Assembly: GCA_963789395.1 (NCBI GenBank)
Contig: CAWBKP010000017.1
Span: 1 to 64,000 of the forward strand
Direction of reading: 5' to 3'
From: an uncultured delta proteobacterium
Lineage (GTDB): Bacteria; Desulfobacterota; Desulfobacteria; Desulfobacterales; Desulfatirhabdiaceae
DNA length: 64,000 nucleotides
This document shows positions 9,889-21,324 of this stretch, piece by piece (the stretch's first letter is position 1; each line of letters opens with the position of its first letter). The notes beneath the pieces were generated by a model. That model was not told the DNA's origin and ran no database searches. It saw only the letters and a program-made list of their open reading frames with translations. Made by a program: the position numbers and the translations under genes.

Positions 9889-12033
9889 TTACCCCTTGAT
9901 CAACAGTTCTCTTTTGAAGGGCAGCTCTCTCAGCCTCACCCCCGTGGCCTTGAATAAAGCATTGGCCACAGCAGGGGCCACCGATGGGAAAACAGGCTCG
10001 CCGACGCCCCCGGGCTTAAGCGTGTTCCTGGCGATATGCACTTCTATTTCCGGCACGTCAGACATGGTAAGAACTGGGTAATCATCATAATTGGCCGTCT
10101 TCACACCGCCGTTTTCAAAACGGACCTTTTCATGAAACGCAACACTCAATCCCATGACGATGCCGGCCTCGGACTGGGCCCGGATCGCATCCGGGTAAAC
10201 GGCGGTGCCGCAGTCCAGGGCGCAGACCATCCTGTGAACGGTGATCTTCCCCTTTTCGTTGACCGACACCTCTGCCATGTGGGCCGCAAACGACTCAAAA
10301 CAGGACGTTACGGCCACCCCTCTTGCCCTGCCTTCGGGGACAGGCGTCCCCCAGGCGGCTTTCTCCGCCAGAAGAGACAGAATGTTATAAGCTCTGCCGT
10401 CTTTTTCCATGTGATCAAGGCGGAATTGAACCGGATCCTTTCCGGCGGCATGGGCCAGTTCATCCATAAAGGATTCGACAGTAAACGCATTGACGGAGTA
10501 TCCCACCGACCGCCACCATCCCACGGTTACGGGAGAATTTACCATCACATAGCTCACAAGCAGGTTCGGAAGAGAATAAGGCATATCCCTGATACCCGAA
10601 ACCGCATCCGGATCTATGCCGTCCTTCACAGCTTGAGGCATCAGCCTGGACATCACGGACGGTGCGGCCACCGTATGAGACCAGGCGATTACCCTGCCGT
10701 TCTTATCCAATCCGGCCTTTATTCTGCACTGACTTGCCGGACGGAAACGGTCGTTGGCAAAGTCATCCTCACGACTCCAGATCACTTTGACCGGACGGTT
10801 CAGTGTTTTGGAAAGCAACACCGAATCCTCAACCGCATCCTGTTCCCCGCGCAGCCCGAAGCCGCCGCCGGCCGGCAGGGTCATCACCTCGACCTTTTCA
10901 ATGGGCAGGCCGGTTAATTTGGATGCCGTGAGCTGGGTAGCGGTCTGCCCCTGGGTCGGTGTCCACACCCTGCAACGCTCTTTTTCCACATGGGCAGTGC
11001 AGTTGATCGGTTCGGCCTGGGCGTGGGAGATATAGGGCAACTTGTAGAATTGTTCTATTGTCTGAGCGGCTTCCGCCAATGCTTTTTTCACATCACCGCC
11101 GGTTTTGGCCACGGATGCCGGTTTCTCAAGATGTTCTTTGAATAATGCATCCAGGGCGTCATCATTCAGGTCCGGATGAGACCCTTTTGACCATCTGAGA
11201 TGGAGAGCCTTTCGCCCTTTCATGGCCGCATGGGTCGTTTCCGCGCAAACCGCAATCCTGTTTTCAAGGGGCGCTACCTGGATCACTCCCTTGACCGCCA
11301 TGGCCGCCTTTTCATCATAGGATTGAAACGAAGCGCCGTAATGGGGCGGGCGTGCGACAACGGCAACGCACATGCCGGGCATGGTGAAATCAATACCGAA
11401 AACGGTTTTTCCCATTACCTTGTCCGGAATATCCATCCGCTGCCTTCGGGTGCCGATAATGCGGTAATCCTTTGGATCCTTCAGGGGCGGATTGTCGGGG
11501 ACCGGCCGTTTTCCGGCGGCTTCCACCAAATGCCCATAGGTGAGGCCGCGTCCGTCCGGATGAATGACTTTGCCCTCTTTTGAGGCACATTTTTCAGCGG
11601 GAATCTGCCACTGCTCCGCCGCGGTTTCAACCAGCATCAGACGGGCGGCGGCGCCGACCTTGCGGAGCAACTCCCAGCGATGGCGGATACTGCTGCTGCC
11701 GCCGGTCGCCTGCATATGCCATACAGGGCTTTTAAACGGTTCCGCCGCAAGGGCCATCTTCACCTGCACCTTTTCCCATGCCGCATCCAGTTCGTCCGCG
11801 ATAATCATGGGAATACCGGTGTGGGTGCCCTGGCCGAGATTTGTCTGGCCCACCCAGACCGTGACCGCGTCATCCGCGGCTATCTCCAGAAAAGCGTGGG
11901 GTTTGAAAGGGATATCCGCGCCGGCCAGCGCCGGTGAAGCATTGAACAGGCACACCCTGCCGGGCAGGGCCGCCGCCGCGATCACAAGGCTGCTTTTCTT
12001 CAGGAAATCTCTTCGTGTCATTTGTGTATTCAT
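9889..12033 (-). CDS. iorB: Isoquinoline 1-oxidoreductase-like molybdopterin subunit (xanthine oxidase family), Tat-exported
   Basis: TRRDFLK twin-arginine signal; GQGTHTG, TGGSSSI, GGGFG, WWRSVG, GGVGEP motifs. Confidence 0.85.
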   Translation of the reverse strand: MNTQMTRRDFLKKSSLVIAAAALPGRVCLFNASPALAGADIPFKPHAFLEIAADDAVTVWVGQTNLGQGTHTGIPMIIADELDAAWEKVQVKMALAAEPFKSPVWHMQATGGSSSIRHRWELLRKVGAAARLMLVETAAEQWQIPAEKCASKEGKVIHPDGRGLTYGHLVEAAGKRPVPDNPPLKDPKDYRIIGTRRQRMDIPDKVMGKTVFGIDFTMPGMCVAVVARPPHYGASFQSYDEKAAMAVKGVIQVAPLENRIAVCAETTHAAMKGRKALHLRWSKGSHPDLNDDALDALFKEHLEKPASVAKTGGDVKKALAEAAQTIEQFYKLPYISHAQAEPINCTAHVEKERCRVWTPTQGQTATQLTASKLTGLPIEKVEVMTLPAGGGFGLRGEQDAVEDSVLLSKTLNRPVKVIWSREDDFANDRFRPASQCRIKAGLDKNGRVIAWSHTVAAPSVMSRLMPQAVKDGIDPDAVSGIRDMPYSLPNLLVSYVMVNSPVTVGWWRSVGYSVNAFTVESFMDELAHAAGKDPVQFRLDHMEKDGRAYNILSLLAEKAAWGTPVPEGRARGVAVTSCFESFAAHMAEVSVNEKGKITVHRMVCALDCGTAVYPDAIRAQSEAGIVMGLSVAFHEKVRFENGGVKTANYDDYPVLTMSDVPEIEVHIARNTLKPGGVGEPVFPSVAPAVANALFKATGVRLRELPFKRELLIKG

Positions 12034-12036
12034 GAT

Positions 12037-12498
12037 TTACCCTCCCTGCCTTGCGGTCATTTCCGCAGCCATTAGAATCGCCTTTTTGATCCGGGGATGC
12101 GTGCCGCAACGGCAGATCACATTATCCATAGCATCGTTGATCTGTTCCCCGGTCGGATTCGGATTCCGTGAAAGAAAATCAACTGTCTGGAGCATGATTC
12201 CGGGTTGGCAGTATCCGCACTGAGGAACCTGTTTTTCGATCCAGGCAATCTTTACCGGATGATTTTCGGGCAGGCCCTCAACAGTCGTGATCTTGCTTCC
12301 AATAACGTCTTTTACATGAACAACACAGGATCGCTGTGCTTCGCCGTCAATGAGAACCGTGCACATGCCGCATTCGGCAATGCCGCAGGTGTATTTAACA
12401 CTCGTAATCCCCAGGTTGTCTCGCAGAACCCACAACAGAGGGGTATCCGGGTCCTCATTGACCTGCCTCTTTATCCCGTTCACGTTTAATACAAGCAT
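12037..12498 (-). CDS. iorA: 2Fe-2S subunit of isoquinoline 1-oxidoreductase-like enzyme
   Basis: CGIAECGMC, QCGYCQPG and CRCG motifs. Confidence 0.9.
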   Translation of the reverse strand: MLVLNVNGIKRQVNEDPDTPLLWVLRDNLGITSVKYTCGIAECGMCTVLIDGEAQRSCVVHVKDVIGSKITTVEGLPENHPVKIAWIEKQVPQCGYCQPGIMLQTVDFLSRNPNPTGEQINDAMDNVICRCGTHPRIKKAILMAAEMTARQGG

Positions 12499-12617
12499 AT
12501 TTCCTCCTTGATGTGGTGATTATCTCCTTGTTTAACAAATCCAAATTGTAACATTATGCCGGAAGCAGATATTTAATTTGTTTCGCCGGATATCCATTAA
12601 TTGAAATATTTATCAGT

Positions 12618-12721
12618 GGATAACGTGCGGATAACCCGCGAGCAACCACGGCCACGTACTACCGAATAGAACCATCAAACTCGCCGCGTGGTTGCTTGTT
12701 GGGTTCATTGGCTGGTTAGGC
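12618..12721 (-). other. attC recombination site
   Basis: Minus strand GCCTAAC-CAGCCAATGAACCCAACAAGCAACCACG...CGTGGTTGCTCGCGGGTTATCCGCAC-GTTATCC; 104-bp imperfect palindrome. Confidence 0.85.
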
Positions 12722-12854
12722 TCTGAGCCAGCGGACAAGCCGACGGGGCACATTGGATCGGTAAACGGGGCCAGCAGTAAACGGCAGCTTAAAGAAACCA
12801 AAACTCGACTAAGCCGAAAAAACTTAAGAAATGTCCCCCCGGCGTCAACCAGCC

Positions 12855-14105
12855 TCAATATTGCGGCTTGTAGGCCTTGATCCGATCGATGACGTTCTGT
12901 TCGATATTGCGGTAGAAAAATGTGTAGTCGTAGCCGTGATACCAACCCGGCAACGTATTGTAGGGCGCGAAAAAGTTCTGGTAGTTCGCCGGAGCAGGCA
13001 GCGCGGCAGGATCGATCACCAATGCGCCATTGTTGCTTTGTGCTCCAATGTAATGGTTCACCTCGTAGGTGTAGCTGCCGTCCCGCTGCGGCTTGAAAAT
13101 TGCGGGGTCTGCCCCTGGCAACGAACCCTTGTAAAAGACCGCCCCCAAATTCGCCGTCGCGGGCGTGGCCGTCGACTCGATGCCGCCAGGGTCAGTGGCA
13201 ACCCAAGTCAACGGGTTCACGCTGTAAGCGTTCTTTCTCACCAATTCCATCTTCCCCCGCGAACCGGCTGGAACCAGCGACCAAACCCCCGGCGTTTGCT
13301 GAGTATTGTAGGTGACGATGCAGCCGGTCTGAGCCTTGTCACGGCAAATGCCGACACGCGCCAACGAGTCGGGGTAACTGTTCATATCGTCCGAGGTCAC
13401 GGACCAGCCGATCACATAGGCGACCACCAGAAGTTTCCGCAGGGCCGGGTCCCTAAACTTATTTTCCAACAAATAGAGCAGCATGTTTGCTCCCTGGCTA
13501 TGACCGGCCAGGATGAACGGACGCGGCTCTCCGTTTGCAGCTTTATTATAGTGAGCCATGTAGTAATCGAACGCATTCGATACATCAGTATAGGCAACTT
13601 GTAACGCCTGGTTTGCGATGCCGGCAAGTTGCGGGGTGTTTTGCCACAAGACAGCGTTCAGTACGTCGAGCCCCGAGGACTGCTGATAGTAGGGAATGTA
13701 AACGTTGGTACCGGCCTTCGCAAAGACCCCGATCTTGGATTCGACTTGCCATTTAATGACAGGATCAATGCAGGCCTGGGCCAGTGACTGGTTCCATCCT
13801 GGGCTCCAAGTTGAAGTCAAAGGAGGCTGTGACTTGCTGTCGTAGCTGTACGTGGTCGGATATACGAAGAAGACATCCACTGGTTGTGAACCAGTCGGGA
13901 GGGCCAGCCAATTTTGCGTTTGGGAGTAATCGGTGGGGACCGCAGCTGGAGCGGGATTCTCTCCACCGACACCGTAGGCAGTCAATGGCGAAATGATCGA
14001 GAAGGCGAACAAAAAGGTCAAGAACTTAAAAACCTGAAGCCGAGGCTTCGAATTGCCATTCACTACGCCATTCTTCTCGCCCTTGGCCTTGTCCATCATC
14101 TCCAC
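12855..14105 (-). CDS. DUF3089-family alpha/beta hydrolase, exported (integron cassette)
   Basis: VDVFFVYPT, RPFILAGHSQG, YSVNPLTW, YHGYDYTFFYRNI motifs; N-terminal hydrophobic segment. Confidence 0.85.
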   Translation of the reverse strand: MEMMDKAKGEKNGVVNGNSKPRLQVFKFLTFLFAFSIISPLTAYGVGGENPAPAAVPTDYSQTQNWLALPTGSQPVDVFFVYPTTYSYDSKSQPPLTSTWSPGWNQSLAQACIDPVIKWQVESKIGVFAKAGTNVYIPYYQQSSGLDVLNAVLWQNTPQLAGIANQALQVAYTDVSNAFDYYMAHYNKAANGEPRPFILAGHSQGANMLLYLLENKFRDPALRKLLVVAYVIGWSVTSDDMNSYPDSLARVGICRDKAQTGCIVTYNTQQTPGVWSLVPAGSRGKMELVRKNAYSVNPLTWVATDPGGIESTATPATANLGAVFYKGSLPGADPAIFKPQRDGSYTYEVNHYIGAQSNNGALVIDPAALPAPANYQNFFAPYNTLPGWYHGYDYTFFYRNIEQNVIDRIKAYKPQY

Positions 14106-14217
14106 TCCTTTTGCTGATATGTGTTATGCAGCGGTAGAATCCTTCGGTTGGCTCGGCCTCAAGCCTAAGAACCCGGAAAAAGCATTCAGAAAACAATCCG
14201 GTCTCTGTACTTCCAGG

Positions 14218-14288
14218 GCCTAACGAATTTCTCACCTGACAGTGTGAATCGAAAGTGGAACACCGGTCAGGTGAGAAAAGCTCAGGGA
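14218..14288 (-). other. Degenerate attC site (intact right half and core, mutated R'')
   Basis: Inverted repeat TTTCTCACCTGAC...GTCAGGTGAGAAA followed on minus by TTC-GTTAGGC. The core complements GCCTAAC of the attC at 12715-12721. Confidence 0.6.
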
Positions 14289-14417
14289 ATATTTTGGCCG
14301 ATGCTTATTATTTGGGAATCCCGGAATTCCCCGCAACGGTTTTGATCTCTGAAATTATTATGAACCAATCAATCGAAATTTGTGATTGGGAGGTGATCGT
14401 TTAAATAATGACATTTT

Positions 14418-15243
14418 TCAAACGAGTAAGGATTTAAATAATTCAATTGTTTGTATGAGCGGAGGTTTTATCCAATCTAACTCGGAATGTATGAATAGAC
14501 TCGATAGATTTCTGATGTAGTCCTGCATCATGGTTTTATAGCTTTGTAAATTGGCTATCATAGGAATGATGATAGCGCAGCAGGGTGTCTTGTTTGTCGC
14601 GCTGATTATCACGTTAAAGTAATTATCGGTAAGGCTCATTTTTTCGGCATATTCTAGAAGCCAATACATGATCTTTAAACTCAAGCAGCTGATCAGAAAG
14701 TGCTATGCGTGATGGAATACCGTAATTATTGGTCTGAAAACGGAAATGGAAATCCCTGCGTTCCCCAATGACGAACTTGGCGGTTTCTGATTTCCGGACG
14801 AAGGTAAACGTGTTAAACTCAAGACGAACCAGAGGAAACACAGCAATGTCATTCAAGCATAGGTATTTCATGGCTACCTTTTCATAGGCATCCGGGGCAA
14901 ACCAGTCATCATCGTCATGGAAGAAGAGAAGAAATCTTTGACCGGATAACACAGATCTGATGTCTACTATATCCGATTCCTTGAAAAGTATTGCGTGGTT
15001 AATTTTCCCCAATAATTTAGTCGCTATTCCCTTGAGAATATGTCTACAACGAAAGAAATTCACAGGAAAAGCATCGTTCCAAATTGTTATATAAGTTTCG
15101 ATATTATCCGGAAAACCTGGTATCGAGGAAGATGGTTTATAGCGATTTAAGTCAATATGTTTGCCAGATTCGAAATCAGCTGCAAGCAACTCCCAATCTG
15201 GGGATTGCCGCATGACAAAGACGAGAGAGTCAAGTGGAGTCAT
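14418..15243 (-). CDS. AT-rich hypothetical protein with an acidic DxD-type motif (glycosyltransferase-like?); frameshift near 14650; first cassette of the array
   Basis: Two overlapping ORFs (206 aa and 88 aa); LLFFHDDDDWFAPD motif. Confidence 0.55.
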
Positions 15244-15320
15244 GGGGTGTAACGCGTCTCCTACGTCTAAGGTTATGACAGAGATACTTGCCAGGAATTA
15301 TTTTTTTACCGTTTTATTTT

Positions 15321-15340
15321 GTCTAACGTTGTGGTTCAGC
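15321..15340 (-). other. Integron recombination site (attI simple site or right half of an attC)
   Basis: Minus strand GCTGAAC-CACAAC-GTTAGAC between intI and the first cassette; a second GTTRRRY (GTTGGGC) lies at 15388-15394. Confidence 0.5.
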
Positions 15341-15615
15341 GTCATGTCAACAGTTGTGCAGGAAAATGGCGAAAGCCCGAATATGCCGCCCAACGTCCCG
15401 GACGAGTAGTTCCCGGATATCTTTCAAGCATGTGAACGAGCCCAGGATGTACCTGGGATTTCGGATTTTCTATTCTGAACTCATGTAATCCTCTATCTCA
15501 TTCCAACCTTTCAATATATTATGAAATAATGCTTGACAAGACATTTCTGGCTCTTTATTTATTTTTCAGTATATCATGCAAATAAAGTGAATATAACAGC
15601 TTCTGGATAATATTC

Positions 15616-16927
15616 ATGGACAGCATCCCGCTGCAGTTGCAAGCAGAATATGAGACGCTTTTGAAAAACAGGTCGGTTCCGACCGGCTTGTATCCGCGCT
15701 ATAGAAAATGGTTGCGCTTTTATCTGGATTTTTGCCGGAAATATCGGTTTCCAGAGACTGAACGAAAAAGTCTGGATCATTTTCGGCAGAAATTGCAGGA
15801 AAAAAAGCAAACAGATATGCAACAGCAGCAGGCTTCTCATGCAATCATGCTTTATTACGAGCTTATTGAAAAGCAAGACAGCACATCGAAGACTTCTTCA
15901 GACGTCGGCCAATTGTTACTTTCTCCAGAAAAGTTGCCCCATAATGAAAAATTGTCAACAGGAAAGTCCTGGATGGAAGCGTATACCCGGCTGGCAAATG
16001 AAATACAGGTCCGGCATTATTCCCCGAAGACCTTGAAAACCTATAGAACGTGGGTCGAGGCATTTTCAGACATTTACGAAAAGTCCGGACCCGAAATCGT
16101 TATCAACGGAGCATGTCAAAGCCTTCCTGACTTTTTTGGCCGTAACCAAAAAGGTTTCCGCGTCAACCCAGAACCAGGCGTTCAATGCGCTGCTGTTTTT
16201 CTACCGGCATGTGCTGAGCCGGGAATTCGGCAAAGTCGAGGGGGTTGTCCGGGCCAAACGGAGACCGTATATTCCGGTGGTGCTGTCCAGGGGTGAGGTG
16301 GATCAAATCATAACCCATCTTGATCCGCCGTATGACCTGGTGGTGAAGATGCTGTACGGGTGCGGGCTTCGGTTGTTGGAGTGTTTGCGGCTGCGGATCC
16401 AATCCTTGAATTTTGATGCGGGAATCGTGACCGTTCATGACGGTAAAGGCCAGAAAGACAGAACCGTGCCGCTTCCGGTAACCATTCTGCCGGAGCTGAA
16501 AAAACAGTATGAGTCGTTGAAAGACCTGCACCGGCGTGATCTGGACAAAAAATATGCCGGCGTGTTTCTGGTGAATGCACTGGAGCGGAAATACCCGAAA
16601 GCGGCAACAAAATTTGTCTGGCAATGGGTTTTCCCGGCCACGAATTTGACGCGGGTGCCGGAAACAAAGGAATACCGGCGCTATCATCTGCATGAAACCC
16701 GGGTGCAAAAGGCGATCAAGGAAGCGGTGGAGAAGGCCAGAATCGGCAAGCGCGCATCGGCCCATACCTTCCGGCACAGTTTTGCCAGCCACCTGCTTCA
16801 GGCCAATTATGACATCCGGACGATCCAGGAACTGCTGGGGCACAGCGATGTCCGGACCACCATGATTTACACGCATACGGTTAAAAGCGTCACCATCAAG
16901 GAAGCCCGCAGTCCGCTTGATTTTTAA
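15616..16927 (+). CDS. intI: Integron integrase (long form with N-terminal extension); frameshift near 16060
   Basis: VSASTQNQAFNALLFFYR, LYGCGLR, GKGQKDR, IntI-specific insertion ALERKYPKA...WQWVFPA...RRYHLHE, HTFRHSFASHLL, QELLGHSDVRTTMIYTH. Confidence 0.95.
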
Positions 16928-16952
16928 TATTGACTCCAAGACGAGGTAAACG

Positions 16953-18465
16953 ATGACATCCTATATCGGTGCAGTGGATCAGGGAACGACCAGCACGCGG
17001 TTCAGCATTTTTGACAAGACAGGGCAGATCGTTGCCTGGGATCAGAAAGAACACCGTCAGATATTTCCCAAACCGGGCTGGGTCGAGCATGACCCCGAAG
17101 AAATCTGGCAGAACACGCAGGACGTGATCAAAGGCGCGCTGGCAAAAGCCGGAATCAGTGGAAGGCATATTGCGGCCATCGGCATCACCAACCAGCGGGA
17201 AACCACGGTGGTATGGGACAGGCGGACGGGAAAGCCGTTTTATAATGCCATCGTCTGGCAGTGTACCCGCACCCATGAGATCTGCCGGAAACTGATTGCA
17301 GACGGGGGAGGGGACCGGTTCCGGGAGAAAACCGGCCTGCCGGTTGCCACATATTTTTCCGGGCCGAAAATCGCCTGGATTCTGGATCAGGTGCCGGAGG
17401 CCCGAGCCGCGGCCCTTGAAGGAAACGCGCTTTTCGGGACCATGGATTCCTGGATCATCTGGCAGCTGACCGGCGGCCCGGACGGGGGGGCTCACGTGAC
17501 CGATGTCACCAATGCCAGCCGGACGCTGTTGATGGATCTGAAAACCCTGAGCTGGGATCCCGGAATGCTGGCCGTTCTGGATATTCCGCACCGGATGCTG
17601 CCGAAAATCGTCCCCTCCAGCGATGAACATCACTGGGGGCTCACCGATCCCTCGGGGCCGCTGTCCGCGGCGGTTCCGGTCTGTGCGGCCCTCGGGGATC
17701 AGCAGGCCGCCCTGGTGGGCCAGACCTGCTTTACGCCCGGAGAAGCCAAAAACACCTATGGCACCGGCGCGTTTCTGCTGATGAATACCGGCGAGGTTCC
17801 CATCGCGTCCCGGCATGGACTGATTACCACCGTGGCCTATCAGTTCGGTTCCGAGAAGCCCTGCTACTGCCTGGAAGGCTCGATTGCCATATCCGGCGCC
17901 CTGGTGCAGTGGATGCGGGACAATCTGGGGCTGATTTCCACTTCGGCGGAGATCGAAGCTCTGGCGGAAACGGTTGCGGATTGCGGCGGCGTTTATTTTG
18001 TGCCGGCGTTTTCCGGACTTTTTGCGCCCTACTGGCGATCCGATGCCCGCGGCGTCATTGCCGGCCTGACCCAGTTTGCCCATAAGGGACATCTGGCCAG
18101 AGCCGTTCTGGAGGCGACCGCCTATCAGGTCCGGGATATTGTCGAGGCCATGGAAAAGGATTCCGGCGTGAAGCTCACCCGGCTCAAAGTGGATGGCGGC
18201 ATGACGGCCAATGCGCTCTTGATGCAGATTCAGGCCGATATCCTGAATGTTCCGGTGATCCGGCCCGCGGTGACCGAAACCACGGTCCTGGGGGCTGCCT
18301 ATGCCGCGGGTCTTGCGGTCGGGTTCTGGGCCGGAAAGGAAGAGCTTTGCCGGTACTGGAGCGTTGACCGGGTCTGGAATTCAGAAATGGCGGAAAGCCG
18401 AGAGGGAATCCGGGTATCGGCAGTGGAAGAAAGCGGTCAGCCGGACCCTGGACTGGCTGGTTTAG
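16953..18465 (+). CDS. glpK: Glycerol kinase; frameshift near 18400 (true end [13 protein letters not shown])
   Basis: [49 protein letters not shown] motifs. Confidence 0.95.
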
Positions 18466-18515
18466 GGGATAGGAAGCCGGCAGTCGGCGAAAAATCGGCT
18501 TTTTGGTTCCTTCCT

Positions 18516-19816
18516 TTAATAGCGTCCGACGGCATAATCCAGTTCGGCCACCTGCTGATGGTATTGGTAGGCGGCCTGAACCAGGTTGCTCTTGGCCTGC
18601 GTCAGGGACAGTTCCGCATCGCTGTATTCTATGGCGTTTCCAACCCCGTTCTGGTACCTGCCATCGGCCAGATCCAGGTTTTCCTTGGCCTGTATCACTG
18701 CCGACTTCCGAGGCGCCAATGGCTTCAATGGTGGCATTCAGCCCGAGATAAGCAACAGAGACCTCATTTAATATCTGAAGTTCGGACTGTCTGAGCCTGG
18801 CTGTCAGTTTGTCGATTTCAGCGCGGGATTCCGCGATTTTTCCCTGGGTTTTGAAACCCGTAAAAAGCGGCCAGGAGAGATTCACGCCGACCTGCCAGTA
18901 GTCCTGAAGGGGGAATTCGTTGTTTTCCCATCCGCCCCCGGCGTTTGCGGTAATCGAAGGCCAGTATCCGGCCTGAGAGGATTTAAGCAGGGCCTGCGCC
19001 GCCTTGATCAGATCTTTAATGCCTGGCGATTTCCGCTCTGCGGGCCATGGCTTCCTGAACCAGCGAGTCGACATCCATTGCTTCGGCCGTGGTTTGGGTT
19101 GGGACATCGGCCAGTGCATAGGGGCCTTCTACCGGCGGTCCGCCCAGAAGGGTTTCAAGCTCCAACCGGGATGATTCAGCGCATAATTCCGCGCGGATCA
19201 GGGTTAAACGGTTGTTGGCATATTCGGTTTCACTCTTGGTGACATCGATTTTGGGTCGAATGCCGGCCTTATAAAAGGCCTTGGCCTGATTGAGATGCTC
19301 TTCCGTAATGCGAATGGACTCCTGAGCGACTTTGACCAGGTTTTGTCTTTTCAGGACTTCAAAATAGACTTTTTTTATATCCCGAACCGTATCGGCAACG
19401 GTTTTGTCCACGTTTTTTTCACTTGCCGAAAGGCTGTACCGGCTTTGCTCCACCCTGCCTTCGGTCTGTCCGAAATCATAGAGGTACTGGGAGACGGAAA
19501 CGCCTACCAGATAATCATCGTATTGACCGCGAAAGTCTGTTCCCGTAAATACATTTTTGTTCCATGCGTTAAAGCGGGTATAGCCGGTATTGGCGGTAAC
19601 CTGGGGCAGATAGGCGGATGTGGTTTGCGTTACCCGGGCCTGGGATGCGGCGACTTCCTGCTGAGAGACGGTGATTCCCGGATTTTTGCGAATGGCGGTT
19701 TCAACGATCTGATCCAGCGTTAAAATATTCTCCTCCGCGGAGGCGGCCGAGACAACAGGCCCCATCAGCATCAGAATCATCAACGCAAAGGCCGCACGGA
19801 TGGGCCAGACATTCAT
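18516..19816 (-). CDS. TolC-family outer membrane efflux protein (frameshifted)
   Basis: Signal peptide and two OEP repeats (SAYLPQV..., AGYWPSI...[18 protein letters not shown]...DAE). Confidence 0.85.
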
Positions 19817-19916
19817 CGGGTAAATCCTCCTTTAACAGCAACGATGTTTGATGGGTAAGACAAGCTATTTGTGGTCCTTCACCAGAAATCCATTTTCATT
19901 TCGATCCAACCTGAAT

Positions 19917-19945
19917 ATTATCTTACGGTACATGGACTGTGTCAA
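19917..19945 (-). promoter_or_regulatory. Candidate sigma70 promoter for the TolC gene
   Basis: TTGACA-17 nt-GATAAT on minus. Confidence 0.45.
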
Positions 19946-19953
19946 TAGGGTTT

Positions 19954-21302
19954 TCAGAAATACGGCCCAAATTCAGGCCTGTTTTCATCGCCTGAAATCC
20001 ATTGGTTGACCAGCGCCGCTTTTTCCGTTGCACGGGACAGGATATCCTCCAGATCCAGTGTCAACAGTGCCGGTCTTCCATGACCAGCCTGCCGTTGATG
20101 ATCGAGTGGCTGACATCGGCCCCGCCTGCTGAATACACCAGATGGGAATACGGGTTGTACAGGGGGGTCAGATGCGGTTTTCGGGTATCCACAATGATGA
20201 TATCGGCTTTTTTGCCGGGTTCGAGAGACCCGGTGATATCCCCAAAACCCAGCGCTTTTGCGCCTTCGCATCGTGGCCATTTTCAGGACCGTGACGGCAT
20301 CCAGGGCGGTGGGATCCATCACGGCGATCTTCTGAAGCTTGGCTGCCGTATCCATTTCCAGAAGCATATCCAGATTGTTGTTGGATGCGCATCCGTCGGT
20401 TCCCAGGCCGACCGTCATTCCGGCGGCGATCAGACGGGAGACCGGAGCGATTCCGGATGCCAGTTTCATGTTGCTTTCCGGATTGGTGATCACATTGACC
20501 CGATGGCGAATCATGCGCGTCAATTTCGGAATCATCCAGGTGAACGCAGTGGTCGGCAATGATGTGGGGGCCCAGAATACCCAGGGATTCCAGATGCTCA
20601 AAAGGTTTTTTTCCGTATTTTGCCTGAATTTCGGCCAGTTCGGTAAGCGTTTCGGCGACATGGATGACCAGCGGGACCCCGTGTTTTTGGGCGATGGCAT
20701 GGGCGGTTTTCAGCAGATCCGGGCTGCATGTATACAGCGCATGGGCTTCAACGGCGATTGAGACCAGCGGGTCGTTTTCCCATTTTTCAATCAGGTGCTC
20801 GGTGTATTCAAATCCTTTTTCGATCGGCCCGTAATTGGGGGAGGGGAAATCGTACAGCACCTCACCGACCAGGCTTCTCATGCCCGATTCTCCGGCGGCC
20901 TTCGCCACTCATCTTCAAACAGATACATGTCGCAGAAGGTCGTGGTGCCGGACAGAATCATCTCCGCGCAGGCCAGAAGGGATCCGGTGTGGACAAAATC
21001 GGCATCCATCCGGCTTTCCGCAGGGAAAATATAACCGGAAAGCCATTCCATCAGCGGCAGATCATCGGCAAGCCCTCTGAAAAGGGTCATGGCGGCATGG
21101 GTGTGGCCATTGACAAGACCGGGTAAGACGATGCCGCCATGGGCGTCGATGAGTTTTGAGGCGGACAGGGAAGGATTCTTCCGGGCCGATATGGGCGATC
21201 GTATCCCCCTGGATGGCGATCAATCCGTTTTCGATGACCGTAAGCTCGGGGATCCAGGGTCAAAATCATGCCGTTTTGAATCAGGATGTCATATGTCTGC
21301 AT
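19954..21302 (-). CDS. mtaD: 5'-methylthioadenosine/S-adenosylhomocysteine deaminase-like amidohydrolase (multiple frameshifts)
   Basis: [64 protein letters not shown]. Confidence 0.85.
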
Positions 21303-21324
21303 GTTGATCGGGGTCGCCTGTCTG

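Noticed and set aside
3654..15340. Recurrent palindromes considered as CRISPR repeats
   Set aside because: They are non-identical, gene-spaced and have attC box structure; no cas genes.
16163..18092. Long antisense ORFs over intI and glpK (258 and 398 aa), and similar shadow ORFs throughout
   Set aside because: They mirror well-supported genes on the opposite strand in GC-rich DNA and have no motifs of their own.
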